A stretch of 64,000 nucleotides of DNA from Candidatus Cloacimonadales bacterium (GCA_963662655.2 CAXXTU010000002.1:512001-576000); one strand, 5' to 3'; shown: positions 9,212 to 19,743, numbered from the stretch's first letter. The notes: generated from the letters alone by a model not told the origin. A program made the numbers and translations.

Positions 9212-10228
9212 CTATTTCCATTTCCACTTGCGGAAGAAGCCTGCAATCGTCCAGAAAGAGATATAATAGGGATAGTACAGCAGATAAACGAAGTGACGGA
9301 GATCGAATCTTTGCCTGTGCAGCTTGAGGTTTGCGCCCCACACAACGGAAAAACCGAACCAGTGGAGAAGCAGCGCATCCCAGTTGCCATTGAACAGGTT
9401 CACCGGCAGATAAACGAAGTAGGCGAACACAGCCAGCGTTAGCAGTTGATAGGGGAGACGGGACATTCCGAATTTTGAGTAGCGGCGTAGCTGCTGATCC
9501 GCGTATCCATTTTGAGTGGGAATCGTCCGAACTGGAGCTTCCGGGTTGTAGGCAATCGGGTATCCCGCCTTGTAGACGCGGTTCAGGATGCCTTTATCGT
9601 CTCCGGCTGCAAGATGCCCGTCCGGCTCGTAACCCCTGACGGCAAAAAACACATCCCGCCGGATTGCCAGATTCCGCCCGGTGCAGCTGAAAGGGAATCC
9701 GAGGCCGATGGTGCATGCAAAGGTCGCTGCGGTGCCAAGCTGCGTGAAATTGCGAAACTCGGAAGTCGTGTTTTCGGGCGAGAAGCCCACAACCATGCCA
9801 GTGTTGTCGCCGAAATATCGATTGTACGAATCAAGCCAGTTCGGGGGGGCGATGCAATCCGCGTCCGTGAAGAGGAGGACTGCTTTCCTCGCTTTCCGTG
9901 CGGCGATTGTCAGCGCTGCCTTTTTCCCTCTGAGCTTATCGTCTTTGTGCTCGATCCGAACGCAGGCGGCATTGGCTTTGTCTTTGCAAAAATTGTTTAA
10001 CAGCTCGTAAGTTCTGTCTTCCGAGGCATCATCGACGAGGATGATCTCGAAATCGGGATATTCGATTCCGCCCAGTGAATCAAGCAGCGAAGGCAGGTTT
10101 TTCTCCTCGTTCCGGCAGGCGACGATAATCGAATAGCTTTGCAGTACCGGATCATGAACGGATTTGTTCCGCAATATCCCCCAGGCGAGGATGAGCATGA
10201 ACGCGGTAAACAGCGCAACGATCAGCAT
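9212..10228 (-). CDS. glycosyltransferase family 2
   Basis: SIIVACRNEE, LVDDASED, GKKAAL, FTDADC, GDD, QQLRRY motifs. Confidence 0.9.
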   Translation of the reverse strand: MLIVALFTAFMLILAWGILRNKSVHDPVLQSYSIIVACRNEEKNLPSLLDSLGGIEYPDFEIILVDDASEDRTYELLNNFCKDKANAACVRIEHKDDKLRGKKAALTIAARKARKAVLLFTDADCIAPPNWLDSYNRYFGDNTGMVVGFSPENTTSEFRNFTQLGTAATFACTIGLGFPFSCTGRNLAIRRDVFFAVRGYEPDGHLAAGDDKGILNRVYKAGYPIAYNPEAPVRTIPTQNGYADQQLRRYSKFGMSRLPYQLLTLAVFAYFVYLPVNLFNGNWDALLLHWFGFSVVWGANLKLHRQRFDLRHFVYLLYYPYYISFWTIAGFFRKWKWK

Positions 10229-10244
10229 CGATATCTTTCTCTGA

Positions 10245-11249
10245 CTACCGTAAGCCTACTGCTTTTCGAAGCTTTTCCAGCTTCCTGGCTGCTCTCGGAC
10301 GAACCCGTTCCGATCCTTCATCGAGGATGCGGTCGATTTCCCCAGGATTCTTCATGAGCTCATCGTAATTCTCACGATAGGGCCTGATCACTTCGTTCAT
10401 TTTCTCGAACAGCGCTTGCTTGGCATCGCCCCAGCCCATTCCACCGGCCAGATAGCGATTGCGCATGTCGGAAATTTCCTGCTCGTTCGCGAAGAGCCTG
10501 TACAGCGCGAAGACGTTGCACTGGTCGGGGTCTTTGGATTCCTCGACCGTCTGCGAATTGGTAACGATACGCATGACGACTTTGCGAAGCTGTTTCTCCG
10601 GAAGGAACATGGGGATGGTGTTGTTGTAGCTCTTGCTCATCTTTCTGCCGTCAAGCCCCTGGACGATGCGCGTCTCCTCGCGGATGAGCGGCTCGGGTAT
10701 GTTGAACAATTGCTTCTCGTAGATGTAGTTGATCGTCTGGGCGATATCGACGGCCATCTCGACGTGCTGCTTCTGGTCTTGTCCGACGGGTACGAAATCG
10801 GAATCGAACAGGAGGATGTCGGCGGCCATCAGAACCGGATAGGTAAAGAGGCCCATATTGACACCGTCGTCGGGATCCTTACCGGCTTCCGCGTTTTTCT
10901 GGAGCATCGCCTTGTAGGCGTGCGCGCGGTTCATCAAACCCTTTGGCGTAAAGGACGATAGGAACACCATCAGTTCATAGGTTTCCGGCACGGAAGATTG
11001 ACGATACAGGTTAACCTTTTCGGGATCGAGTCCGCATGCCAGCCACGCTGCCGCGATCTCGCGACTCCACTGCTTGAGCAGCTTGGGGTCGCGGATGGAG
11101 TTCAGGCTGTGGTAATCGGCGATGAAGTAGTACGAGAAGTACTCTTCCGCAAGCTCGAGTCCTGGCTTGATCGCGCCAAAATAGTTCCCGAGATGCGGCG
11201 AACCGGTCGGTTTGATTCCCGTAAGAGAAATCTTCTTTCTATCACTCAT
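10245..11249 (-). CDS. trpS: tryptophan--tRNA ligase
   Basis: TGIKPTGSPHLGNYFG (HIGH), YPVLMAADIL, VPVGQDQ, KMSKS; ATG at 11249 with AAGGAG RBS. Confidence 0.97.
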   Translation of the reverse strand: MSDRKKISLTGIKPTGSPHLGNYFGAIKPGLELAEEYFSYYFIADYHSLNSIRDPKLLKQWSREIAAAWLACGLDPEKVNLYRQSSVPETYELMVFLSSFTPKGLMNRAHAYKAMLQKNAEAGKDPDDGVNMGLFTYPVLMAADILLFDSDFVPVGQDQKQHVEMAVDIAQTINYIYEKQLFNIPEPLIREETRIVQGLDGRKMSKSYNNTIPMFLPEKQLRKVVMRIVTNSQTVEESKDPDQCNVFALYRLFANEQEISDMRNRYLAGGMGWGDAKQALFEKMNEVIRPYRENYDELMKNPGEIDRILDEGSERVRPRAARKLEKLRKAVGLR

Positions 11250-11288
11250 TGAGATGCTCCTTTCAAAATCGATTGCTGCCACGTGGCA

Positions 11289-11594
11289 TCAATAGTCGTT
11301 ATCATGCTCTTCCAGCCACGACTCCGAATACGCCGATCGGAATTTCCGCTTGAAGAGCTCCACCAAATCCTGGGCGGCCACTTCCTCGTCGGGACCCTCC
11401 ACCGTCATTGTAAGTTCGGTACCGTACTCGGCGGCGAGCATCATAAGGCCCATGATGCTCTTGCCATTGACTTCCACATCATCATTGCGGATCATGATTT
11501 CGGACTGGTATTGGTTCGCGGTTTGCGCCAGACACGAAGAGGGGCGCGCGTGCAGCCCATATTTATTTAAAACAGTTACTGTGCGAGTAATCAT
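11289..11594 (-). CDS. ptsH: HPr family phosphocarrier protein
   Basis: GLHARP (His15) and GKSIMGLMML (Ser46) motifs. Confidence 0.93.
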   Translation of the reverse strand: MITRTVTVLNKYGLHARPSSCLAQTANQYQSEIMIRNDDVEVNGKSIMGLMMLAAEYGTELTMTVEGPDEEVAAQDLVELFKRKFRSAYSESWLEEHDNDY

Positions 11595-11716
11595 GATTTT
11601 ATTCCACGCTTTTTTGTGTTCATCTTCATAGCGACAAGGTGTTTCCTGTCAACTGATACATTGCTGATTTTGCGGCAATCGATTTCCGGCAAAGCTCCAT
11701 TCGTCTTTTCGTCCGA

Positions 11717-13729
11717 TTACAACAGGCCCCAGCGCTTACGCAGGAGCAGCTCGAGTCCATAGCAAATCAAGAAGATAGCCAGCAACCAATATTTTCTGTA
11801 GAGGGCCACTTCCCGGAAGGATTCCCTCGGCACCGGTTCGGATTCTCTGATCGAGCCGTCGTTAACCTGCCGCTGCGTGTAAACCTGGCCGCCGGATTCG
11901 TTCGCGATGAAGCGCAAGAGCGGCTCGTTGAATCCACGATCGGCCAATTCGGCGCTGTAATGCGTAACCACGAAGCTGCCTTCCGCCTGTTGAGCGGTCT
12001 CTTCATCACGTAGCGAGAACGTGTATTTCCCGGGTGTTTCCGGCCTGAACGAAATATTGTACCCGTCGTCGTCGGTTTTCAGGTAGTCCTCGAACGCGCT
12101 TTGGGAATCGGGGCCGGTGATGGAAATCTTCGGATTAAGGCCTTTTAACTGTCTCATGGTCTCGTCGAGGGCGTACAGGCGAATGCGAACATCCTCTCCG
12201 CGCTTGATCACGGATGGCTCCGCGATGGCCTGGAATCGATCTTTCGCCTGCGATGTCAGCCAGGAAACGATGTCGCGACAGAAACCGTTGTAGTTGCCGT
12301 CGTCATTCCACATCTGCCACTTCCACAGATTCAGGAACGCGAAGTACAGCGCTTTCCCCTGCCCGTGGTTTCGGAAGAGGATCGCCGGGCTTCGCTGCTC
12401 GTTTGAGATGATCCCCAATAGCTTCGCATCGAGCTTCGGATTCGTGTATAGGTAATCGACCGGAGGGATCGACGCAGCGTTTTGATGAGCAAACGTTTCG
12501 TATTGAGCTGCTTCCTCGGTGAAGAGAAGGCTGCCTTCGAAGCTGCGTTGGATGTTGGATCGATTCGCCGGCAGAATTTCTTCAAGAACCGGGTATCCGA
12601 TCGTCCATAATCCGCTTCCCTGCTGAACGGCTTCGTTGATTCGAGTGGAAAACGGTGCGGGAATACGCAGGTTTCCGTGATTGATAACGATCAACAGATG
12701 ATAGTTCAGCTTTGCCAGTTCGGGGTTCTGGATGCGGTACTTGTCGCGATAGAACATGCCTTTCTGGTAGCGGAGAATATCCAGATTCCAGTGGCGGTCG
12801 AGCTGCAGGGCGTTCTTGATGAATCGCAGATCCCATCCCATGTTGTCCGTGAGGACAAGGATATCCTTGCGTTTGGTCGTTACGCTCACGCCGGTCGGTT
12901 TGAGGTTGTTTCCCAGGTTGGTCTCGGGCGTTTGCGCTTTGATTGCGTCAATGCGAACCTCGACCAGGTGAAGCCCTTCATTCTGAAATCTGTGTTCGAA
13001 GAGGATTTCCTGATATTGATTGCCGCGGAACGAGATGGTCTTCCGGGCAGCTTCCTTTTTATCGATCAGCAACGTAATATTCGCTTCTCCCTCGAAATCT
13101 CTCGCTCCCGCCTCGACTGCGATGGGTGCGATTTCGTCGATGAAAGCTTCGCGGTTAGCTGTGACGGAAGTGATCTCCAGATCGAAATCGGTCTCCCGGT
13201 ACTCCGGGATGAACACGTCGATCGGCACATTGAGCTTGCGAAGAAAGTCGAGATTCTCATCCTGTAGCCAGCCGTCCGACGCGAGCAGGATCCGGTTGAC
13301 GTGTTCGAAGCGCTGACTCTTGATCAACTGCTCCAGCGCAGGCTCGAGTCTGGTGGATTGCCTTCTCAGGCTGTCGCCCTTCTCGATAAGACCGTCCGCG
13401 AAAGCATAGCGGTTTCGAGCGAAATCCTTCCTTTTATATAAATCGTCAATGGGCTCCAGCAGTCCGGAAACCAGTTGAGATTTACTCGCTTCACCCGCTT
13501 TCTGATCCATGCTCATGGAGCGATCTTCCAGGATCACCACCTGTGGATCGATCATTGTACGCTGTATGTATCGCAGCACCGGGTTGAGGAGGTAGATCAA
13601 TACAACAACCGCCGCTGCCGCTCTGAGGGTGAGAAGCAGATATCTCTTCGACGACCCGATTTCGGGAACCGTCTTTCGGTAGTAGAAATAGATGATCGCT
13701 ATGAATATTGCCGAGAAAAAGTAGATCAT
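11717..13729 (-). CDS. conserved membrane-anchored protein (vWA-like and Ig-like domains)
   Basis: Two N-terminal TMs, EDRSMSM and ASDG MIDAS-like motifs, C-terminal TM ending ELLLRKRWGLL. Confidence 0.7.
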   Translation of the reverse strand: MIYFFSAIFIAIIYFYYRKTVPEIGSSKRYLLLTLRAAAAVVVLIYLLNPVLRYIQRTMIDPQVVILEDRSMSMDQKAGEASKSQLVSGLLEPIDDLYKRKDFARNRYAFADGLIEKGDSLRRQSTRLEPALEQLIKSQRFEHVNRILLASDGWLQDENLDFLRKLNVPIDVFIPEYRETDFDLEITSVTANREAFIDEIAPIAVEAGARDFEGEANITLLIDKKEAARKTISFRGNQYQEILFEHRFQNEGLHLVEVRIDAIKAQTPETNLGNNLKPTGVSVTTKRKDILVLTDNMGWDLRFIKNALQLDRHWNLDILRYQKGMFYRDKYRIQNPELAKLNYHLLIVINHGNLRIPAPFSTRINEAVQQGSGLWTIGYPVLEEILPANRSNIQRSFEGSLLFTEEAAQYETFAHQNAASIPPVDYLYTNPKLDAKLLGIISNEQRSPAILFRNHGQGKALYFAFLNLWKWQMWNDDGNYNGFCRDIVSWLTSQAKDRFQAIAEPSVIKRGEDVRIRLYALDETMRQLKGLNPKISITGPDSQSAFEDYLKTDDDGYNISFRPETPGKYTFSLRDEETAQQAEGSFVVTHYSAELADRGFNEPLLRFIANESGGQVYTQRQVNDGSIRESEPVPRESFREVALYRKYWLLAIFLICYGLELLLRKRWGLL

Positions 13730-13745
13730 GTAACGCTCTTGAGTA

Positions 13746-15020
13746 TTAGTATATGAATTTCAGTTGCAAGGAATAACCTGTTCCTTTGGCACTCTCTGTC
13801 GGGAAAATCTGTTCGTAGCTCTGCAGAGCATAATCGATTTCAAGTTTACGGTTTTTGTAGCCAATGCTGTATGTAACTGAGTAGGTGTCGTACTCGGTAT
13901 CGAACGCTGTTCCGATGCGGAACGGAAACATCTCGGCGATGATGTATTCACCCGCGAGGGAAATGAACGGTTTGTCGGAAGCGACGACGGAATTTTCCAC
14001 CGCCTGGCTCCAGTCGAACGAGACAGATGAATTCTCGTCGAAGGTGTAATTCGCGCCTAAGTTGAAGAGGATCGGAAAATTCGTGGTGAAAGCGTCGCCG
14101 TTCTTCGTCGATTCCTCGTTCTCGATCGTATCAGAGTTCATGTCGCTGACATCGACATTGTCCGCGTGAATGTGGTAATATTTCTCTTTTACCTCCGAAT
14201 TCCAACTGATGAATCCGGGCAGGTTGTCGATGGTAAAACCTAGGGAGAGGTTTTCCACCAGCTCTTCCACGGTAATACCAACCAGTCCCTTCAAGCCGAC
14301 TCCGCCTACGCCGTAGCGAACGCGAATGAGTTGGTCCAGGCTCAATGAGGTGCTATCGGCCATAAAGCTTCCCTTGAATTCCTTCATTTCTGCGAAGCCT
14401 CCGCCGAACAACGCGCTGATGGTAAATCCGCCGTATATCTTTGGCAAATCAACATCCCATATACGGGCGATGTAATCATGTAAAGGGTAGCCGCCGTGCG
14501 CGATGGAGAGGTCGCCGTACGCGATCATGTCCATATCGTTCAGGCCACGATCGAAGTAATAGCTTTTGTCCAGTTCGTTGCCCGTGAACAAGAGATCGAA
14601 ATACTGCCTGGATATCCTGGCATTGGCAAACGCATGCGTACTTACAGCATAAGCATCTTTCCCTTGCGACCACGCCAGAATGATACCGTGGAAACTCCCT
14701 TTTGTCGAGAATCTGTTTCCATCGATCGAGCGGATGAACTCCCTGCGGGTTTCGATGGACAGCGTGTCATCGACCATCTTGTTGTACTGGTCGATATCCA
14801 TGGTGTTGTTCCAGAAGTTCCCATTGGTGCTCAGGAGAATCATGTCGCCGTGGCTCTCTTTGTTGAGGAACAAACGCGATGGGTTCCAATACATGGCGTT
14901 GACGCCCTCGCTTCTTTGAAGATAGCTTTCCGAGTACAGCGCCGAGGCAGGAGAGGACGTGCTGGCGAACATCGAAGCGGTAAGCAGGCAGATTATAAAG
15001 ATTATCGTATAGCGCTTCAT
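13746..15020 (-). CDS. outer-membrane beta-barrel protein (DUF5723/PorV-like)
   Basis: Signal peptide MKRYTIIF; AMYWNPSRL motif; alternating beta strands; aromatic C-terminus LQLKFIY. Confidence 0.65.
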   Translation of the reverse strand: MKRYTIIFIICLLTASMFASTSSPASALYSESYLQRSEGVNAMYWNPSRLFLNKESHGDMILLSTNGNFWNNTMDIDQYNKMVDDTLSIETRREFIRSIDGNRFSTKGSFHGIILAWSQGKDAYAVSTHAFANARISRQYFDLLFTGNELDKSYYFDRGLNDMDMIAYGDLSIAHGGYPLHDYIARIWDVDLPKIYGGFTISALFGGGFAEMKEFKGSFMADSTSLSLDQLIRVRYGVGGVGLKGLVGITVEELVENLSLGFTIDNLPGFISWNSEVKEKYYHIHADNVDVSDMNSDTIENEESTKNGDAFTTNFPILFNLGANYTFDENSSVSFDWSQAVENSVVASDKPFISLAGEYIIAEMFPFRIGTAFDTEYDTYSVTYSIGYKNRKLEIDYALQSYEQIFPTESAKGTGYSLQLKFIY

Positions 15021-15021
15021 A

Positions 15022-16590
15022 TCAATCTCCAAAGTGCAACACGATGTCCAGATCGCCATCGATGCCGAGGAAATCCTCGGGTGCAATGTATATTGTTTCA
15101 CCGTCCGTGCTTTCCATGAGCAGTTCGATGCCGAGATAGTATTTCTTCTGCGTGAAGAAGTGGATATCTTCTTCGCTCAGATCGAAAACGAATTCCTCAG
15201 TCGTGTTGGGCGGTGTGTATGTATTTTCCTCTTCTCTCGGTATCAGAAGATTCCATTTGCTGTAGACCGAATCCGGGTAATGGTAGAGGGTGTCGGGATT
15301 ATTGATCGTGCTGAAATGCAGATAGGCGTGCGCTGCCGCCGGCATGGTGTTCACGACTTTGAGCTTGATTTTTGCGGAGTGGGCGTAGTCGCGAATTTGC
15401 CCGCGAACCTCATCGGAAAGCTCTGTGACGAACGTCGAGTCGTTCCGAATCAATCCTTCATTGATTGCGAAGAGGAACGGAACTTTACCCTTGTAGTTTC
15501 CCGACGCCTTCTGGCCCGTACTGATAAAACCTGTCTCGTATTCCGTCTGTCCTACAACAAAATATGCGCCCGTGAGCTCGATTCGGGAGGGGAAGATGTT
15601 CAGCAGATAATCGAGGGAATCCGAAAGCACCTGAGTGCTTGTTACCGGTTCTTCCGGGCTTATTGCCTCATCGAATATGAGGTTGTCTTCCTGGTCAATG
15701 CAAATAGCCCGGGATTCTCCCTGATCATTGAAGCCGGTGAGTTTTCCACAGAATCCCACCTTGAAACCAAGTTCGTTGGTTATAGTGAAGAACATCCGCG
15801 CCTCCGAGATTACGAACGTCGAATCGGCGTTTTCAGGATAATTGAGCTCGAAATCCTCGATGTCGCTCTCGATTGGCAGGTTTCGGTTGAACACATTTCC
15901 TTTGAGTTCTGTGAAGCAAATGCTGTTCTCGTAGGAGACGCGCATCTCACATACTTTCTCGGTGTTCTGTATGTCGATCTGAGGCGTCACACTGAACTGA
16001 AGGCTGTCCAGCAGGACGTCGCTATCTTCGGCGCCGATGGTGTAATACTTATCGGCAGCCTCGTTGGCGTCCAGAGATACGAAAGTGGTGTCGCTGAAAT
16101 CGGTGATCTCAACCTGGAGCGGATTGCCGTCAGGATCGAATACCGAGTGGAACACGATAAAGATCGAAGTTAGCTGGGGATCAGGGTCTCTAACTTCGAA
16201 ATGAAGAGCCCACGATTTCACTTTGCCATAGCTTACGGTGATTCGCTCATCTGAGAAATCCGATTCGTCGAGCCCCAAGGAACCGTTGTTCTGTGTGTTG
16301 CTATAAAGCGGAATCCAGTTGTAGAGCTCCTGGTGCGATTTGATGAACATCAGTGAATCGACACCGCTACTGTTGATATTTCCATCCTGAATATAGAATA
16401 TGCTGTCGCCGTTTTCGTAGTGCTCGATGATGAATTCGGTGGAATCTTCCAGCTCGTAGATGTAGTAGTTCTTGTCGATCAGCGGAAGCTTGAATGTCGT
16501 ATCGAAAACCGGTACGTTGGGTGGTTTCATGCAACCAACAATGATAGCGGTCACGACGGAAATATAGAAAATGAACCGAAATGTCTTCAT
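15022..16590 (-). CDS. hypothetical lipoprotein
   Basis: Lipobox IVGC; acidic beta-rich sequence; adjacent to the OM barrel gene. Confidence 0.7.
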   Translation of the reverse strand: MKTFRFIFYISVVTAIIVGCMKPPNVPVFDTTFKLPLIDKNYYIYELEDSTEFIIEHYENGDSIFYIQDGNINSSGVDSLMFIKSHQELYNWIPLYSNTQNNGSLGLDESDFSDERITVSYGKVKSWALHFEVRDPDPQLTSIFIVFHSVFDPDGNPLQVEITDFSDTTFVSLDANEAADKYYTIGAEDSDVLLDSLQFSVTPQIDIQNTEKVCEMRVSYENSICFTELKGNVFNRNLPIESDIEDFELNYPENADSTFVISEARMFFTITNELGFKVGFCGKLTGFNDQGESRAICIDQEDNLIFDEAISPEEPVTSTQVLSDSLDYLLNIFPSRIELTGAYFVVGQTEYETGFISTGQKASGNYKGKVPFLFAINEGLIRNDSTFVTELSDEVRGQIRDYAHSAKIKLKVVNTMPAAAHAYLHFSTINNPDTLYHYPDSVYSKWNLLIPREEENTYTPPNTTEEFVFDLSEEDIHFFTQKKYYLGIELLMESTDGETIYIAPEDFLGIDGDLDIVLHFGD

Positions 16591-16610
16591 GGTTGATCCC
16601 CTCTTCGTGA

Positions 16611-17603
16611 TTACCAGAAAGATTTAGATAAAATTTTCCTTACGTCGATTATCCCTTTCGGAAGTGATTTGTCAATAAGAATCGGTATTCGCTCGACATT
16701 CCATTTCGCTTTGAGGAGGTGCAGATTCATTCGGTTGTATCCGAGTAGCATCGAGACATCCTGAGGCGCGACGCACAGCGTTCCGGTGAGTTCTGCAGGA
16801 AACTGCCTCAGATAGACTTCCGCGCGTACGAGTTCCCCGAACGAAGGGTGCCAGGGACCTGCTACAACCGAATTGGGATCGACATCTCCGTGCAGGCCAA
16901 TTTTTATAACAGAGATGCTGCTTTCGGTGAACCTCTGGAAGGCGTCGGCGCTCCACTGTATAGCGCTTTCGATGGATAATGGAGTGTATTCGCCGTCTCG
17001 ATAGCTTTTCTCCAGTTGAGTGCCCTTGAGGACAATGCACGGGTAGATGCGCGAGTACCTGGGTTGCAGTGCGATAGCTTGTTCGATGGTCCGATTCCAT
17101 GTGTCGGGCGTATCATCGGGCAATCCGGGAAGCAACTGAATGCAGAGATTGATACCGTGCGCTTTTACCAGCTTGCAGGTCTCGATCGCTTCGATGGAGC
17201 AATAGCCTCTTCTCGCCGAGAGGAGCACGCCATCATCGAAGCTCTGAACCCCTAGCTCGATGGTTGTCACGCCGCGGGATTTCACATACGAGATGAATTC
17301 GCGATCGAGCATGTCAGGTCGGGTTGAGAAGCGAATGCCGGACAGGCCGGGAAGGTAGGGCTCGATGATAGTTAAGAGGCGTTCGATCTCGTCGTGGGGG
17401 AGAGCGCTGAAAGTTCCGCCGTAGAAAGCGATCTCCTTCGGGATGACGGGATTGAACCGGATGAAACGCTCGATATCGGCCTTGAAAGAGGCCGGATCCA
17501 TCTCCGAATGGGTAGGGGAAACGGACGAAAAGGCGTTTTGGTCACAGTAGATGCACTGATTGGGGCAACCTCTGTGCGGAATGAAGACGGGGAGAAGCTT
17601 CAT
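16611..17603 (-). CDS. radical SAM protein (Elp3-like family often found downstream of rnc)
   Basis: PVFIPHRGCPNQCIYC (CxxxCxxC), AFYGGTF, STRPD, IELGVQS. Confidence 0.88.
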   Translation of the reverse strand: MKLLPVFIPHRGCPNQCIYCDQNAFSSVSPTHSEMDPASFKADIERFIRFNPVIPKEIAFYGGTFSALPHDEIERLLTIIEPYLPGLSGIRFSTRPDMLDREFISYVKSRGVTTIELGVQSFDDGVLLSARRGYCSIEAIETCKLVKAHGINLCIQLLPGLPDDTPDTWNRTIEQAIALQPRYSRIYPCIVLKGTQLEKSYRDGEYTPLSIESAIQWSADAFQRFTESSISVIKIGLHGDVDPNSVVAGPWHPSFGELVRAEVYLRQFPAELTGTLCVAPQDVSMLLGYNRMNLHLLKAKWNVERIPILIDKSLPKGIIDVRKILSKSFW

Positions 17604-18373
17604 AGACCGAGTCTATTGCATGCGATCCTTGCGGCATCCTGCTCGGCCTGTTTCTTCGATCGACCCGATCCCGTTCCCAGTATCTCGTTTTGAATGGAGA
17701 CGGATACTGTAAAAGTCTTCTTGTGGTCGGGCCCCTTCTCGTCCACCACCATATAGTCCGGCGGTTTCTGGTACTTGGCCTGAGAGTATTCCTGAAGGAT
17801 GCTCTTGAAATTCATCAGGGCGTCGCTTTCCAGAGCCTCTTCGAAGTCCTTGAGAACCAGCCGGTGAATGAAGCTGCGAGCCTTTGCCATGCCTGAATCG
17901 AGGTAGATGGCGCAAATCAGCGCTTCCATCGCGTCGGAGAGAATCGATTTGCGTTTGCGTCCGCCGGAGCGATCTTCTTCCGCGCTGACAAGCAGGTATC
18001 TGCCGAGATCGATTTGCTCTGCGATCAGCGCGAGGTATTTCTCCGAAACCAGCTTGGACTTCATCTTGGACATGATGCCTTCGGGCTGATCGGGGTACCG
18101 GACAAACAGCTCCTCCGCCACGACGAGCCCCAGAATGGAGTCGCCCAGGAATTCCATGCGCTCGAAAGCGGATACATCCTGATGCTCGCCCGTGATTCGA
18201 TTGATATACGAGGCGTGCATGAACGCGGCCTGAAGGAGGTTGATGTTCTTGAACTTGAATCCGATCGTCTTTTCGAATTCCGGTATGATCTCTTTCCAGG
18301 CGGGATCGTCGATGATCTTGCCTTCGATTCGGTAAGAGAAGAAATCGAGGATTGAGCTTAGTAGTTTTTTCAC
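17600..18373 (-). CDS. rnc: ribonuclease III
   Basis: ERMEFLGDSIL signature, SDAMEALICAIYLDSG, C-terminal dsRBD. Confidence 0.97.
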   Translation of the reverse strand: MKKLLSSILDFFSYRIEGKIIDDPAWKEIIPEFEKTIGFKFKNINLLQAAFMHASYINRITGEHQDVSAFERMEFLGDSILGLVVAEELFVRYPDQPEGIMSKMKSKLVSEKYLALIAEQIDLGRYLLVSAEEDRSGGRKRKSILSDAMEALICAIYLDSGMAKARSFIHRLVLKDFEEALESDALMNFKSILQEYSQAKYQKPPDYMVVDEKGPDHKKTFTVSVSIQNEILGTGSGRSKKQAEQDAARIACNRLGL

Positions 18374-18430
18374 AATCTTATATTGATAAAGGGATCAATC
18401 ATAAAACTGATCCCTTTCAAATTTATAGGG

Positions 18431-19672
18431 TTAACCGTTATATTTCTTGAATACGAGAACACCGTTGTGACCACCGAATCCGAGGGAGTTGCTAACCGCG
18501 ATGTTCACATCGAGGTCGATCGCTCCGCCGGTGATGTAATCGAGATCGCAATCGGGATCCGGATTTACGAGGTTGATGGTCGGATGAACTCTTCCATTCT
18601 GGATCGATTTACAGCATACGATACCTTCGATCGCAGCAGCAGCGCCGAGCGTGTGTCCAACCATTGACTTGGTCGAGCTCACTTTCAGCTTGTAGGCATG
18701 TTCACCGAACACCGTACGGTAGCTCGCGCTTTCGTTCTTGTCGTTGAGCGGTGTCGATGTACCGTGCGCGTTCATGTAATCCACTTCGTGCGGCTGGATG
18801 CCGGCGTCTTTCAGTGCTGCGACAATCGCTCTCGCTCCGCCCTCTCCGTTCTCGGCAGGCGCTGTGATGTGGAACGCGTCGCATGTTGCGCCGTAACCGA
18901 CGATTTCCGCGTAGATTTTCGCGCCGCGAGCCAGTGCGTGATCCCGTTCCTCAAGAACCAGAAGACCTGCGCCTTCCGCCATGATGAATCCGTCACGTTC
19001 CTTGTCGAAGGGACGGCAGGCGGTTTCGGGGCTGTCGTTGCGTGTGCTGAGCGCTTTCATGGAGCAGAAGCCGGCCACAGCGAGGCGTGTGACGGCTGCT
19101 TCGGTTCCGCCGGCGACGATGATGTCTGCGTCACCGTATTGGATCGCTCTGAACGCTGTGCCGAGCGCGTGGTTCGCAGAGGCGCATGCCGACGTCGGAG
19201 TGAAGTTGATACCCCGGAGATTGTGCTCGATGGCTACGTGAGCGCCGGCGATGTTGGATATCATCTTGGGGATGAAAAATGGGCTGATGCGCTTGGGCCC
19301 TTTCTCGAAAAGCTTGAAGGCTTCTTCTTCGAAAGTGGCCATGCCGCCGATTCCCGCGCCGACAATCGCGCCGATCCGGTCGCGGTCCATCTCGTGGTCC
19401 GTGAGCCCGGCGTCCTTGATTGCTTCGCGTGCGCAAACCATAGCGAATTGGGTATATAAGTCGAGTTTCTTGACTTCCTTTTTGTCGAAGTGATCTTCGG
19501 GGTTATAGGCTGCCACCTCTCCGGCGATCTGGCTCGTCAGTTCCGATGCATCAAAGCGCGTGATGGTTCGTACACCGCTTTTTCCGGCAAGAAGATTCTT
19601 CCAGGTGTCATCAACATTCATTCCCAAGGCGTTAATGGTCCCCAGACCGGTTACAACCACTCTCCTTCTCAT
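18431..19672 (-). CDS. fabF: 3-oxoacyl-ACP synthase II
   Basis: RRVVVTGLG, SACAS catalytic Cys, NAHGTST, GHTLGAA, SNSLGFGGHN. Confidence 0.97.
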   Translation of the reverse strand: MRRRVVVTGLGTINALGMNVDDTWKNLLAGKSGVRTITRFDASELTSQIAGEVAAYNPEDHFDKKEVKKLDLYTQFAMVCAREAIKDAGLTDHEMDRDRIGAIVGAGIGGMATFEEEAFKLFEKGPKRISPFFIPKMISNIAGAHVAIEHNLRGINFTPTSACASANHALGTAFRAIQYGDADIIVAGGTEAAVTRLAVAGFCSMKALSTRNDSPETACRPFDKERDGFIMAEGAGLLVLEERDHALARGAKIYAEIVGYGATCDAFHITAPAENGEGGARAIVAALKDAGIQPHEVDYMNAHGTSTPLNDKNESASYRTVFGEHAYKLKVSSTKSMVGHTLGAAAAIEGIVCCKSIQNGRVHPTINLVNPDPDCDLDYITGGAIDLDVNIAVSNSLGFGGHNGVLVFKKYNG

Positions 19673-19743
19673 AAATAAACCTCTCTGTTATAAACTATTT
19701 AGATGAGTTGCAGGCAAATAATGGATGCTGCTTTCAATGTGGT

